Positions 24,757-35,465 of a stretch of DNA of 47,482 bases are shown here, piece after piece. Origin of the DNA: Candidatus Krumholzibacteriia bacterium (lineage in GTDB: Bacteria; Krumholzibacteriota; Krumholzibacteriia; LZORAL124-64-63); NCBI GenBank assembly GCA_036351155.1, contig JAZBOO010000314.1, positions 1 through 47,482 of the forward strand. Direction: 5' to 3'. Within the stretch, counting starts at the first letter, position 1. Every line of letters starts with the position of its first letter. Both the position numbers and the translations under genes were made by a program. The notes beneath the pieces were generated by a model. That model was not told where the DNA came from. It ran no database searches and saw only the letters and a list, made by a program, of their open reading frames with translations.

Positions 24757-26865
24757 ATGAAAGCCCTCACTATCCTGTGTGTTGCCGCCGGCTTGATGAT
24801 GGGTTTGGCGGCATATCCCGCGGTGGCGTCGATCTCGATCCTGGTGGACGAGATCCACGGCCGCCCACTTTCCGACGAGCTGGCCGCGGCCTTGCCCGGG
24901 TGCGACATCACGCCGCTGACCAGTGCCTCGTTCCCCATCGTCGACCTGATCGATTCGGGGAGCATCACCGATTTTCCCACCGAGATCCTTTTCAGCGTGC
25001 CCGAGGGTGCGGAAACTCTTTATCTCCAGTTCGCGTTCAATGGCAGCGACACCCAGTTGCCCTACATCACTCTGTACGGGCCGGACGATGTTCGGCTGGG
25101 GAGTCATTGCGAAGGCGCACTTCATTTCGAGAACCCAGAACCGGGGCAGTACCGATTGACCTACAGCAGCTGGACGGCCATGTCGGCCAGCTACAAGATC
25201 GGAACCGGCCCCCCCCTTTTCACCGCCGAACTGCTGGATGATTACGACCTGATTTGCAACTTGTGGGATGACACCATGCTCATGTTCCGGGGCGAGTTGC
25301 CGCAGTACTCGTCGCTTGATGAAGCGCGCCTCATCGCCTACCTGGAAAATGGGGGAGGATTCCTGCTCGTTCGGGAACCCCTCGTCGAGATGGCTCTCAA
25401 GCCCATCATCAATATCTATGCCGAGACTCCGTTGCTTTGTGATGTAGGCCTGGGTTTTCCGGGCCAGCTGACCTTTGCCGAACCTCCTTGCTCGACCGCA
25501 TCGGCCCCTGCCGGCACCTGGCTGCGCTGGAACGGCTTGAGGGTCGATGCGGATCAGTCGGCCCAGATTCTCTACGAGGGAAAACTGCGCCGCCAGACGG
25601 ATTGGCTGCAGCTGAAACCGGACAGCGATCAACCCGCTGTGTTCAACCGAACCGAATGGCCTCTGAATGAACTGCACCTGATACGTCACGAGGGGGGAGA
25701 CAGCTGGCGCCTGGTGCGGGTTGGCACGCTGGCGGCGGGAAGCGAAGCGGAAACTCGTCCGGGTGAGCTGCTCGGTGGCGAGGCTCTCAAGGCTGAACTT
25801 GAAAATATCATCCGGGAGGGCGGTCGTCGGGCGGGTCTTTTCGCCTCGGAATGCGAGGAGTTTCTGGCGCACTATCACTGGGCCGATCGCTGGATGAACG
25901 ATGCTCTGAGCGATGACCGATGGTGCGGATTGTACCGGATCGGCACGGCCGCCTATGACCACCATATTGTTTTCCAGGATGAGCCGGGCGCACAGGAAAA
26001 GGTGCGGACCATGTGGATCTGGGCCACCGGTCTGGGGCGAGAACCCATCATTTCACCTTCAAGTGTTCCCGCCTGGCCTCTGCCCGCTCCGCACATCGGG
26101 TCTTCGGCGCCGATCACTTATCACGAGTTCGGTGTTCAGTATCAGCGAGGGCCGGGAAACAGCGAAAGTCCGCAAAAGATCTACGATTTTCTGGGCTGGG
26201 AATTTTACGACGGAGCCGCCCTGGTGGACCCCACGGACAACTGCGGTGAAGCCGCGTGTCCTTGGTTTACCCTGTCGGGTGGCCATCCCGATGCCGCGGG
26301 TTTCATGGCTGGTGTTTCCGCAGTCCTGGGATATTCACCGGGAGCCATTATCGCTCCGTGGTCCGAGCAGATTCTCATCGGAGATGATGACGCCGCGACC
26401 GACGATTGGTTTTTTCCTCCGGGAACCTATCCCCCGGTGTCGGTGGCCAGGAGTGTGGGCGCGGGCCGAGCGGCTGCCATTCACACCCTGACCATACTGG
26501 ATGAGGAACTCGATAATCGGGTGTTTCTCGATAATGTGGTGATGTGGCTGGCCCACTATGTTTCGGGAACTCCGGATACCCCGTCTCCCATCTCGCACAT
26601 CGAGAATGTGACGCCGAACCCGTTCAATCCCCGCTTGACCGTGAGTTTTTCCTTACCCCGGGCGCAGCATGTGACGCTCACGGTTTGCGACCTTTCCGGC
26701 AGGCGGGTGGCCACGCTGGTTGACGAGGTGTATTCGGACGGCACGCACACAGCGGCCTGGAACGGCCAGGATGACCGTGGCCGGATTCTTTCCTCGGGAG
26801 GGTACCTGATTCATCTGGTGACGCCGGACGGCAGGGAAACCCGCAAGGCGATGCTGGTGCGATGA
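24757..26865 (+). CDS. Secreted multidomain protein with FlgD-Ig/T9SS-CTD-like tail
   Basis: GGGAGG RBS; signal peptide ...AVA; PNPFNP...WNGQDDRGRILSSGGYL...RKAMLVR. Confidence 0.82.
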   Translation: MKALTILCVAAGLMMGLAAYPAVASISILVDEIHGRPLSDELAAALPGCDITPLTSASFPIVDLIDSGSITDFPTEILFSVPEGAETLYLQFAFNGSDTQLPYITLYGPDDVRLGSHCEGALHFENPEPGQYRLTYSSWTAMSASYKIGTGPPLFTAELLDDYDLICNLWDDTMLMFRGELPQYSSLDEARLIAYLENGGGFLLVREPLVEMALKPIINIYAETPLLCDVGLGFPGQLTFAEPPCSTASAPAGTWLRWNGLRVDADQSAQILYEGKLRRQTDWLQLKPDSDQPAVFNRTEWPLNELHLIRHEGGDSWRLVRVGTLAAGSEAETRPGELLGGEALKAELENIIREGGRRAGLFASECEEFLAHYHWADRWMNDALSDDRWCGLYRIGTAAYDHHIVFQDEPGAQEKVRTMWIWATGLGREPIISPSSVPAWPLPAPHIGSSAPITYHEFGVQYQRGPGNSESPQKIYDFLGWEFYDGAALVDPTDNCGEAACPWFTLSGGHPDAAGFMAGVSAVLGYSPGAIIAPWSEQILIGDDDAATDDWFFPPGTYPPVSVARSVGAGRAAAIHTLTILDEELDNRVFLDNVVMWLAHYVSGTPDTPSPISHIENVTPNPFNPRLTVSFSLPRAQHVTLTVCDLSGRRVATLVDEVYSDGTHTAAWNGQDDRGRILSSGGYLIHLVTPDGRETRKAMLVR

Positions 26866-26945
26866 CATTGAGAGTACCATTCGGAGCGGCCATCCACGCG
26901 TGGGAATCTCCGGTGGCGGCGGGGCAAGTGGTCCAGGCCGTAATT

Positions 26946-26976
26946 TTGCCGAAAACTGGGCGATTAATGCTATAAT
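26946..26976 (+). promoter_or_regulatory. Extended -10 sigma70 promoter
   Basis: TG-C-TATAAT at 26968-26976, TTGCCG at 26946-26951, upstream of 27057. Confidence 0.5.
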
Positions 26977-27056
26977 CCCCAGATCAGAACGCCCCCGAGG
27001 TCCAAGTCTACGGACCGCTGGGCCGTTGCCATGCCAATGCCCGAGGGAGATTAAAA

Positions 27057-27707
27057 ATGAGATTCATCCTGCTCCTGGTCCTGCTTGGCCTGCTGAATGC
27101 TCCCGCCCAGGCCGTCGAACCCTGGGAAAACTGGATGAGCACGGTCTTCGAACCCTATTCCACGGCCTACGACTTCAATTGCCTGTGGAGCGAGAACAAT
27201 GTCTTCATCACCATCGACCTCTGGCTGGTGCGGCCGGTGAATCCGGATTTCAACGGGGTCGAGCGTGATGTGGAGAACATTTCCTGCTTCGACGTGAAGG
27301 TGACCATGTCCGAGGGGCTCAATCCGGCCGAGTGGGTCCTGTCGGTGCCGGGCACCCTGCAGCAACAGGACGGGGCCTTGCACGGGTGTTTCCACGAACC
27401 TCTGCCGGTGATCGATGGCCGGGCCCTCCTGGCCAGCTGCGAGGTTCTCGTGGGCGGGGAGGGCTTCGAGGTCCCTGACCAGCCCTGGGCTCGCTGCGGT
27501 TACATGATCAACGCCTGGGACACACTGTCGCCGGTCCCCGGCGGAATGATGCCCGGTTCCCTTTGTTACGTGGATGCCGACGATCCCGACGACGGGCGCG
27601 TGGTCCCCAACTCCTTCGCGGACCAGGACCTCGTGTTCGCCATCGTCGAGTCGACCGTCGCGGCCGACCGGATGAGCTGGGACAGCCTGAAGGCGATCTA
27701 CAAGTAG
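27057..27707 (+). CDS. Secreted hypothetical protein with short W-x-x-L-K C-terminal motif
   Basis: GGGAGA RBS; signal peptide ...AQA; ends VAADRMSWDSLKAIYK. Confidence 0.8.
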   Translation: MRFILLLVLLGLLNAPAQAVEPWENWMSTVFEPYSTAYDFNCLWSENNVFITIDLWLVRPVNPDFNGVERDVENISCFDVKVTMSEGLNPAEWVLSVPGTLQQQDGALHGCFHEPLPVIDGRALLASCEVLVGGEGFEVPDQPWARCGYMINAWDTLSPVPGGMMPGSLCYVDADDPDDGRVVPNSFADQDLVFAIVESTVAADRMSWDSLKAIYK

Positions 27708-27742
27708 CATTCCTGCGGAGGTTCAGTATCAAGGGGGCCACC

Positions 27743-28426
27743 ATGCGATGTCTGCTGGTTTCACTCCTGCTGGCGACCCTCATTGGTGCCGCCGGCTCGG
27801 TTCTGGCCGATCCCCAGCCCATCATCAACGAACCCACGGTGATCTGGTACCGGGGCGGCTTCTCGGAATCCACCAGCACCTGGGACAGCATGGAGTTCCT
27901 GCAGGCCCGGCGGCTGGGCAACGGTCCCCTCGTCTACGAGTACCCCGTGCTGACGGTCATTCCCCTCGTGGAACTGAACTGGCAGGGTGAGGCAGATGAG
28001 AGGGCGCACTATTACAGCTTCCGGGCTCCGGTGTCCTTTCTGCTGGACCGCGTGGACAGCGCACTGTCCGGCGCAGGTTTCTGGGAGCTGGCGGGCTCCG
28101 GGCAGCTGCACTGGTACTCCGTTTTGCTTCACGCTCCCAACTCCACCATCAAGCTGCGTCTTTCCCGTAGCCTGCGCCTGGCCTTGACCACCCGGACCGA
28201 TCTGTTGCCCTTTCGGATACACGGTGACGATCAGGGCGTGCTGTTCACGCCGCAGCTCAGCCTGGAGCTGGTGGGCCTCAGCGACGGCTTCGAAAACGAT
28301 GCGGACCCCTTCACCAATCGCCTGCAGGTGGGCGTGGGCTATGGCCAGTGGTGGAGTTTCGCGGGACGGCACCGCACGCCGGGGTGGACCGTCATGATCG
28401 GCATCGGCTTTTTGGCCGGCGTGTGA
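27743..28426 (+). CDS. Secreted/outer-membrane hypothetical protein
   Basis: AAGGGGG RBS; signal peptide ...VLA; alternating beta-strand patterns (RLQVGVGYG, WTVMIGIGF). Confidence 0.65.
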   Translation: MRCLLVSLLLATLIGAAGSVLADPQPIINEPTVIWYRGGFSESTSTWDSMEFLQARRLGNGPLVYEYPVLTVIPLVELNWQGEADERAHYYSFRAPVSFLLDRVDSALSGAGFWELAGSGQLHWYSVLLHAPNSTIKLRLSRSLRLALTTRTDLLPFRIHGDDQGVLFTPQLSLELVGLSDGFENDADPFTNRLQVGVGYGQWWSFAGRHRTPGWTVMIGIGFLAGV

Positions 28427-28433
28427 CGGAGCA

Positions 28434-30584
28434 CTAGCTTCCATCCCGGGCGACAACCCTGGTCACCAGGGCGTCCAGCAGGCCGCCACGGTTATCGGTC
28501 CAGGTATCAAGATGCCCGAACTGGACATTGTCCATGTTCTCCACCTGGATAGTACCGTTGGCCATCAGGGGAACGCATCGGTCGCGCAGGACTTTCAAAC
28601 CATCAAGACCACGGAAGAGAAGCACCCAGGTGGAAATGGCGTCAATATCGCTTGCTCCTTTGGCGTGGTTGGCGATGGTCAAGGCCCAGTAGTTGTTTTC
28701 TCTTGCCCAGGCGTAGAGAACCGGGCGGAGGTCAATCCAGTTGCTGGAAATGTGGGCGGCGATCATTCCGTCCCGGGCGAGATGTGCAGTGTAGATTGCG
28801 AAGGCCTCCCGCGTCAGCAGATGCTGGGGTACCGCGTCTCCGGCGAAAGCGTCGAGCACCAGAAGGTCGAACTGATTTCCCTCCTGGTGAGATTCCAGTT
28901 CCCTGGCCATAGATATTCTGGCGTCGCCAATCACCACTTCAACCCGGGCGGGAGTGTCCTTGAGGTAGGAAAAGGCTGGCTTGCTGCGGCCCCTGGCCAC
29001 GGCAACCATGGCGGGACTCAACTCATAGAATTTCATGAAATCCCCCGAGCCTCCATAGGCGGCCAGTGAGCCGATTCCCATTCCGACAATACCGAAACGG
29101 AGGCAGGAACCTCGGCGGTCTCTTTGAACGGCCATTGCGATGCCACAGCCCGTGCTCGGGGCAAAGTAAGTGGTGGGTTGTCTTCTCAATTCCGGGGCAA
29201 GAAATTGTACGCCGTGCTTGGTCGCTCCATGCATCAGTACGATCCGATGTGAGGCGAGATCGTCGGTTCCAATTTCCACGACTCGGATCAGTCCATGGAA
29301 ATCTCGATGTTGAAGGACCGTCCCAGGTGGAGCCACCAGGACCTCACGAATCAACAACCCCAGCAGGCAGGTCATGGTCACGATCGCCAGCTTCCGAGGC
29401 AGCCGGGGGAATCGGTGAGACGGTCCAGGAGTGATACCGAGCAAGGCAATGGCGCCATAGCCCACAATGAGTTCCGTCCACCATGGCCCCAGGGAAGGCG
29501 CCGCCAGGCCAGAGAAAATTCCACCCAGTGCTCCCCCTCCGGCAATGGAAAGGTAAAACCACGTGATCCGCCCCGGCTCAGGTTTGGAGGCCGCAAGAGA
29601 AGCATGGGCGGCCAGACAGGCTGCGGTCATGGCCACGAGCACAAAAATGATGGCAAACAGGGTGGGCGTTCCCAGGCGGGGGGCCAATGCCAAGAGCAAC
29701 ATGGTGAGGGAGAATCCCGCCAGGATCGAGGCATTGCCTGGACGATGGGGTAGCCAACCGGAGAAAGCCACGATCCAGGTGGCGAGATACAGGGCCAGTG
29801 GGCCCACCCAGAGCAACGGCACGCTGGACACATCCTGGGCGAGGACGGTGGTGGAGGCGTTCAGGACGCAAGCTCCTGCCGCTGACCAGGCCATCCAGGT
29901 GAGAATCAACCGGAGCGGGACGGTTGAGGGGTTTTCAGTGGGCTGGGGTTGACCCAGTTGCAAGTGGTGACGCGCCACGGCCCCGATCACCAGGCCAGTT
30001 TCCAGGACAAACAGCAGTCCCCACACATCGCCGAGATTGTCCCAATCCACCATGCGCTCCAGCATGGTTGGGAAAACCAGCAGGCCTGTCAGTGAGGCGG
30101 CGCTGGATATGGCACACAGGCGGTAGGCTCGGTTCCCAGCGACGCCGGCCCAGGTTTGGATCATGAGTCCACATGTCGACAAGGCAAGGAACACCGGTCC
30201 GACGCCCAAGGTGAGAGCCAGGGCCACAGCCCAGACAGAATCTCCCTGGACATGGGTCTTGACCGGTATCAGGGGCAGGGTCAGTGAAGAGAGCAGCAAC
30301 AAGAGAATCAACAGGCCGCCTTGTTGAAGTCCCGAGGCCCTGGTTTGGAAAAGGTGAGCCAGTAAATATCCCAGAAAGAGGAAAGTTTGAAAACAGGCCA
30401 GGGAGGCGGCCCACAAGGCAGGAACCCCGCCAAAAACCGGCAGTAAAGACCGGACAGCCATGGGCTGAAGCAGGAAAAGCAAAAATGAGCCAAGGCCAAC
30501 AATGGTGCAGAACAGGGGGGAAAGCTGCGGTGTAGAGAGCTTGTTCAAGAGGAGGGGCCTCCCGGATATCCCAGCTGGAAGCAT
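28434..30584 (-). CDS. Fused membrane domain / spermidine-synthase-like SAM-dependent transferase
   Basis: FLLFLLQPM, LPVFGG..W..SLACFQ, LMHGATKHGVQ, VGMGIGSLAAY, GDAR, FDLLVLDAFAGDAVPQHLLTREA, WTDN. Confidence 0.85.
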   Translation of the reverse strand: MLPAGISGRPLLLNKLSTPQLSPLFCTIVGLGSFLLFLLQPMAVRSLLPVFGGVPALWAASLACFQTFLFLGYLLAHLFQTRASGLQQGGLLILLLLLSSLTLPLIPVKTHVQGDSVWAVALALTLGVGPVFLALSTCGLMIQTWAGVAGNRAYRLCAISSAASLTGLLVFPTMLERMVDWDNLGDVWGLLFVLETGLVIGAVARHHLQLGQPQPTENPSTVPLRLILTWMAWSAAGACVLNASTTVLAQDVSSVPLLWVGPLALYLATWIVAFSGWLPHRPGNASILAGFSLTMLLLALAPRLGTPTLFAIIFVLVAMTAACLAAHASLAASKPEPGRITWFYLSIAGGGALGGIFSGLAAPSLGPWWTELIVGYGAIALLGITPGPSHRFPRLPRKLAIVTMTCLLGLLIREVLVAPPGTVLQHRDFHGLIRVVEIGTDDLASHRIVLMHGATKHGVQFLAPELRRQPTTYFAPSTGCGIAMAVQRDRRGSCLRFGIVGMGIGSLAAYGGSGDFMKFYELSPAMVAVARGRSKPAFSYLKDTPARVEVVIGDARISMARELESHQEGNQFDLLVLDAFAGDAVPQHLLTREAFAIYTAHLARDGMIAAHISSNWIDLRPVLYAWARENNYWALTIANHAKGASDIDAISTWVLLFRGLDGLKVLRDRCVPLMANGTIQVENMDNVQFGHLDTWTDNRGGLLDALVTRVVARDGS

Positions 30585-30713
30585 TGCTTCAACTGGTTGG
30601 AGTGCCCCATTTTCAGGATGAACCTACGGTCTTGAACGAAGGGCGTCAATAACGCCGCAGCGGCTGCAACGGCTCACCGGGCTATTCACCCCGGGAACAA
30701 TCCCAGAGGTCCC

Positions 30714-32261
30714 CTATTTCCCCTCGGCCTTCTTCCTCAGCTTCAGGATATAGAGGTCCTCCCGCCGGTCGCGCAGGTTGTTCACGCTGCCCTTGTCCGA
30801 CAGATGCTTCAGCAGGTCGAGGTCCACGTCGGCAATCAGCACCATCTCGGTGTTGGGTGTGGACTCGGCCATGATCCCGGTGCTGGGAAATGAGAAATCG
30901 CTCGGGCAGAAGACGGCCGACCGCGAGTACTGGATGTCCATGTTGTCCACCCGCGGCAGGTTGCCCACGCAGCCGGTGATGGCCACGTAGCACTCGTTCT
31001 CCACGGCGCGGGCGTGGGCGCAAAATCGGACGCGCTGGTACCCGGTCTGCAGGTCGGTCATGTAGGGGACAAACAGGATCTCGGCCCCCTGGGCGCGCAG
31101 CAACCGCGGCAGTTCGGGAAACTCGACGTCGTAGCAGATCAGGATGCCGATCTTGCCGCAATCGGTGTCCAGGGCGCGGATCACATCCCCGCCGGACATG
31201 CCGAAATCCCTCCGCTCGCTGGGCGTCACGTGGATCTTCTTGACCGCCTCGAAAGAGCCGTCCCGGCGACACAGGTAGGCCACGTTGAACAGGCGCCGGT
31301 TCTCGACCACGGGCATGCTGCCCGAGATGATGTTCACGTTATAGGAGACGGCGAACTGGCGCATCTTGGCCAGGATGGGCTCGGTGGCCAGAGCCAGCTT
31401 GCGCATGGCCTTGGCCTGGCTCACCTCGTTGTGCTCGGCCAGCAGCGGTGCGTTGAAGAACTCGGGAAACAGGATGAAGTCCGAGTGATAGTCGCTGAGG
31501 GTGTCGATGAAGTACTCGGCCTGGTTGATGATCGCGTCGATCTGGCTGGCCGGGCGCATCTGCCACTGCACCACCCCGATGCGGACCTCGCGCTTGGTCC
31601 CGTAGAGGGCCCGCGGTTTCTTCTCGAAGTAGATGTTGCTCCACTCGAGCAGGGTGGCGTATTCGAGGGAGTCGGTGTCGCCCACCAGGTACTGCTTCAT
31701 CACCTTGCGCACGTGGAAACCGTTGGAGAGCTGGAAGGTGAGGATGGGGTCGTAGATCTCCTTCATCCGCACCTTGTGGATGTACTCGCGGGGCGTCAGG
31801 GCGTTGGCGTGCTCGCTGTAACCCGGAATGCGGCCCCCGGCGACTATGGCCCGCAGGTTGTACTTCTCGCAGATATCCTTGCGCACATCGTACAGGCGGC
31901 GCGCCAGGCGCAGTCCGCGGTACTCGGGGTGGACGAACACGTCGATGCCATAAAGCACATCCCCGTCGGGGTCGTGCGTCTCGAAGGTGTTGTCGGTGAT
32001 GATGTCGTCGTAATTGTGCCCATCACCAAAACGCTCATAATCCACGATCAAGGAAAGCGCACAGCCGACGATCCGGCCGTCCACCTCCACGGCAATCTGC
32101 CCCTCGGGAAATTTCTTCAGGAGAGCCGCGACATGGGGACGCGCCCAGAGGTCGCCTGCCGTCTGGCCGTAGGCGAGTTCCATGGTTTCGCGCAGGTCGG
32201 GGTAGTCGCTGAGCTTGAGCCCGCGGACCAGGACCTTGTGGTGTTTTCTGTTTTTTGGCAT
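30714..32261 (-). CDS. Bifunctional GNAT N-acetyltransferase / carbon-nitrogen hydrolase
   Basis: FPEGQ, VHPEYRGLRLARRLY; nitrilase motifs FPEFF, KIHVTPSE, ICYDVEFPE, ARAVENE. Confidence 0.92.
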   Translation of the reverse strand: MPKNRKHHKVLVRGLKLSDYPDLRETMELAYGQTAGDLWARPHVAALLKKFPEGQIAVEVDGRIVGCALSLIVDYERFGDGHNYDDIITDNTFETHDPDGDVLYGIDVFVHPEYRGLRLARRLYDVRKDICEKYNLRAIVAGGRIPGYSEHANALTPREYIHKVRMKEIYDPILTFQLSNGFHVRKVMKQYLVGDTDSLEYATLLEWSNIYFEKKPRALYGTKREVRIGVVQWQMRPASQIDAIINQAEYFIDTLSDYHSDFILFPEFFNAPLLAEHNEVSQAKAMRKLALATEPILAKMRQFAVSYNVNIISGSMPVVENRRLFNVAYLCRRDGSFEAVKKIHVTPSERRDFGMSGGDVIRALDTDCGKIGILICYDVEFPELPRLLRAQGAEILFVPYMTDLQTGYQRVRFCAHARAVENECYVAITGCVGNLPRVDNMDIQYSRSAVFCPSDFSFPSTGIMAESTPNTEMVLIADVDLDLLKHLSDKGSVNNLRDRREDLYILKLRKKAEGK

Positions 32262-32417
32262 GTCGGTATGATGGTTTGAATTGGGTCCCTGGGCAATCGG
32301 AAGTTTCGGCGACAAAAAAATAATGAGCCTCGGAGGGTCACAACTGGGCTAGAAAGACGACTATACCTGTATGAAATTAGTCGAGATGTCCGGTTATTGC
32401 CCATAGAGAGGTCTGAA

Positions 32418-35400
32418 ATGCTGTTTTTGGCGCCCAAGCCCAACTATCCTGGTCCTTTGTTTGCTCGGCTTGTGTGGCTGGCCTTGCTCACTTTTTTGGT
32501 CTGGGCCGGAACCGCCGTGGCAGGTGAGGACCCTGTCGACGAGGCCATCGCCCAGCGCCTGGCCCGAGCCGAAGCCTGGCGCACTGAACAGGAGGCCCGC
32601 CCCGCTGGTATGGCCTCGGCCTACCGTCTGGACAACAAAGGACAACTATTGCCGGTCGAGGTGGTGGGGGGATTGCCACTCGCCGGCAGCAATGATCTGG
32701 AATGGCCCGAAGTCGGGGGCGAGGAAATGGAAATTTCCGCTGTGGCCAACACGGTTTTTCCAAGGCTTGAAATTACCCGCACAGGCACCATCTACGTGGC
32801 CCTTTTGCCGGTGATCGGCTTGTACCCGACTTTCACCATTTACCGCTCAGATGACGGTGGGCAAACATTCACCGTCTGGTCCACCTGGGACGATGCGCCT
32901 CCAGTTGACGTGGGGACCGTTGGCGATTTTATCATTGCCGAGGGAACAGTTGACCGGGCCTTTCTGGTTTACAGTACCGACGTTCCCGGGCCCCGAAGGG
33001 TGCGCGTGGCCTGGGCCGATTTGACCGCGGGGCCGCCGACCTGGAATTTCGTGACGGCCCTGGAGGGGGCAGGTGCAGACTTCGGCTCGGATATGGACAT
33101 CGTGACCGACGCCGGCGACTACGACGACTATTACCTCTATCTGACCGCCGCAGCCAACGACAGCGACGGTCGGGACATCTGGTTCACCCGTTCGACCGAC
33201 CTGGGGGCGACCTGGGAAGCCGGCTATCGTGCGGTCCATTCCATCAGTCCCAACGATTTTCCTTTCAACCCCCGGCTCGCCTATGGCGCGTCCGACCACA
33301 TTCACCTGGCCTACGATATGCGGAACTTGCCGGGTGATCCCTACGCCGTTGAACACCGAAGGATCGGGGGGTTCGCTGCGGGGGGAGCGGCCGACTGGAG
33401 CGCCCCCACCGTCCTGAAAGACTATTCTGACGGCCCGGCCTCCTCTTTGACGGGCCTCTCCGCCACTTCCAGCAGCAGCACCGTTCTGGTTCAGCTCAGG
33501 GACCAGGTCAATGAAGCGTTTGTGGGTCGGCTGCTGTGGTCCAGTGATAATGGGGTGACGTGGCCCGTGAACAGCGAGGTCAGCACTGGCATCAGTTCGC
33601 TGGATAGTGCCCCGGACATCGACCCTGTGACCGGGGATGTCTGGTTGCTGGGTGGGGACTATGTGCAGGATCCGTGGGCGGGCTCGCTTCTTTCTCAGCG
33701 GACTTCCCTGGCCAACCCGGGCGATCTGAGCGCCGTCGAAGCCTGGACCGCGCGGGACACCACCAGGAGCAAGATCTACTACGATATCGACCACGACAGT
33801 TCCCGTGGCAACCGGCGGGCGGTGGTCTGGCTGGATTTCAGCCCGACCGAGCTCAAGGTGTATTTCGATGCCGAGTGGTTCCGGGATCCGGGCCTGCCAA
33901 ACCTCGAGCCGGGATTCCCCCTCCCGGTAGGGGGCATCGGGCGCACCCCGCCCGCCATTGCCAACGTCGACGCCGACCCCTTTGGCGAGATCGTCTTTGC
34001 CACCGAAGAGGGTCTGCTGTATGTGGTCAATCATGACGGCACTTTTGCTGATGGTTGGCCGGTGGACCTGAACGAAGACATTGCCTGGGATGCGCCGGTG
34101 GCCGTGGGTGACCTGAACGGCGACGGTGAACCCGAGATCGTGGTGGGCACCGCGCTCGGCCGGGTGTTCGCTTTCCGTTCCGATGGCACCATTTTGCCCG
34201 GCTGGCCCGTCGATCTGGGAACGGGCGCGGACACCTTTGTCTCGATCGGGGCCCTGGGGCCCCCTTCTCCGCGCTCGGTGGTGGTGTGCAGTGGCACTGT
34301 CTTGCGGGTTTATTCGCACGATGGGCAAGACCTCAGTCCCGCCTGGGGCACGGCCGTGGGAGCGTACACGTCTCCGGCGGCCATTGGCGACGTGGATGGC
34401 GATGGCACCGCCGAAATCGTGACCCGCCAGCCTGGCTCGATCCACGTGCATCGCCTGGGATTCAACATTGCCCAGGCCTTTCGCCTGTTTTCCACCGAAA
34501 CGCTCACCGGTATGCCGGCCCTGGCCGACATCGACGAGAACGGTGACCTGGAGATCGCCGTCGGCACCGCCTCGGGCAAGGTCTACGTGATGAATCACGA
34601 CTTCACGGACTTCGCGCCGGAGTTCCCCTACGACACCGGAAACCCCTCGCAAGTGATGGGTGTGATTTTTGCCAACCTGCTGGGGAATACCCCCCCAGAG
34701 CTGGTGTTTTCTCAGCTCGACGGGACCACCCATATCGTCTTCGACGATGGGGTGCCGGGTTTCAATTACCCCAAGGCGACCGCCACGAATGATTTTGTCT
34801 ACATGCCCCCGATCGTGACCGGTGTGCATTTGACCTCGCCCGATGTGGTCGTCAGTGCGGGGCAATCCCTATATTGCTGGGAAAACCTGGGAGCAGTCCC
34901 CAACGGCTGGCCGCGATTCGTGGGTGATTACATGGAAGAGTCACCTGCAGCCGGCGACATCGATCTGGACGGGAACATCGAAATCGTCGCGCTGGGTCTG
35001 AATGAGCTGTGGATGTTTGATGTTGGCAATCCGCCCAATGTGGGGGCGCCCAATATGGCCTGGCCCATGTACGGTTTCGATGCCCGGCGGTCCGGGTGTC
35101 TGGGCTGTGAGGAGGCGGCCTTGTCCGCGGTCGAGGATCCGCCAACCCCGAGCAGCAGCTTGCTGGCCTTCGCTCCGCCATTTCCCAATCCGGCCTCGGC
35201 ACGCACCGCTCTGAGCTACGCGCTGCCGGCTGCTGCGCAGGTCAAGTTGCAGGTCTTCGATGTGCGCGGCCGTCTGGTGCACACCCTGGTGGAGGGGCAG
35301 CAGGAAGCAGGTCACCACCAGGTGTTCTGGAACGGCACACATGGCAATGGCCGTCGGGCGGCGCTGGGGCTCTACCTGGCCCGGCTTTCCGTGCATGGTC

Positions 35401-35447
35401 CCGATGGGCCGGAAGAGAGGGTTCGAAAGATCGCGCTGGTGAGGTAG
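32418..35447 (+). CDS. Secreted BNR/Asp-box plus FG-GAP repeat protein with FlgD-Ig/T9SS-CTD-like tail
   Basis: SDDGGQTF, STDLGATW, SDNGVTW Asp-boxes; GDLNGDGEPEIV, GDVDGDGTAEIV, GDIDLDGNIEIV; FPNP...RKIALVR. Confidence 0.87.
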   Translation: MLFLAPKPNYPGPLFARLVWLALLTFLVWAGTAVAGEDPVDEAIAQRLARAEAWRTEQEARPAGMASAYRLDNKGQLLPVEVVGGLPLAGSNDLEWPEVGGEEMEISAVANTVFPRLEITRTGTIYVALLPVIGLYPTFTIYRSDDGGQTFTVWSTWDDAPPVDVGTVGDFIIAEGTVDRAFLVYSTDVPGPRRVRVAWADLTAGPPTWNFVTALEGAGADFGSDMDIVTDAGDYDDYYLYLTAAANDSDGRDIWFTRSTDLGATWEAGYRAVHSISPNDFPFNPRLAYGASDHIHLAYDMRNLPGDPYAVEHRRIGGFAAGGAADWSAPTVLKDYSDGPASSLTGLSATSSSSTVLVQLRDQVNEAFVGRLLWSSDNGVTWPVNSEVSTGISSLDSAPDIDPVTGDVWLLGGDYVQDPWAGSLLSQRTSLANPGDLSAVEAWTARDTTRSKIYYDIDHDSSRGNRRAVVWLDFSPTELKVYFDAEWFRDPGLPNLEPGFPLPVGGIGRTPPAIANVDADPFGEIVFATEEGLLYVVNHDGTFADGWPVDLNEDIAWDAPVAVGDLNGDGEPEIVVGTALGRVFAFRSDGTILPGWPVDLGTGADTFVSIGALGPPSPRSVVVCSGTVLRVYSHDGQDLSPAWGTAVGAYTSPAAIGDVDGDGTAEIVTRQPGSIHVHRLGFNIAQAFRLFSTETLTGMPALADIDENGDLEIAVGTASGKVYVMNHDFTDFAPEFPYDTGNPSQVMGVIFANLLGNTPPELVFSQLDGTTHIVFDDGVPGFNYPKATATNDFVYMPPIVTGVHLTSPDVVVSAGQSLYCWENLGAVPNGWPRFVGDYMEESPAAGDIDLDGNIEIVALGLNELWMFDVGNPPNVGAPNMAWPMYGFDARRSGCLGCEEAALSAVEDPPTPSSSLLAFAPPFPNPASARTALSYALPAAAQVKLQVFDVRGRLVHTLVEGQQEAGHHQVFWNGTHGNGRRAALGLYLARLSVHGPDGPEERVRKIALVR

Positions 35448-35465
35448 GTCCGACTGCATCTCGAT

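Noticed and set aside
22837..25965. 1042-aa minus-strand ORF, and similar long antisense ORFs (6433-7836, 9542-11005, 32847-34865, 35983-38106)
   Set aside because: They mirror well-supported genes on the opposite strand, show no motifs and are expected shadows of GC-rich codon usage
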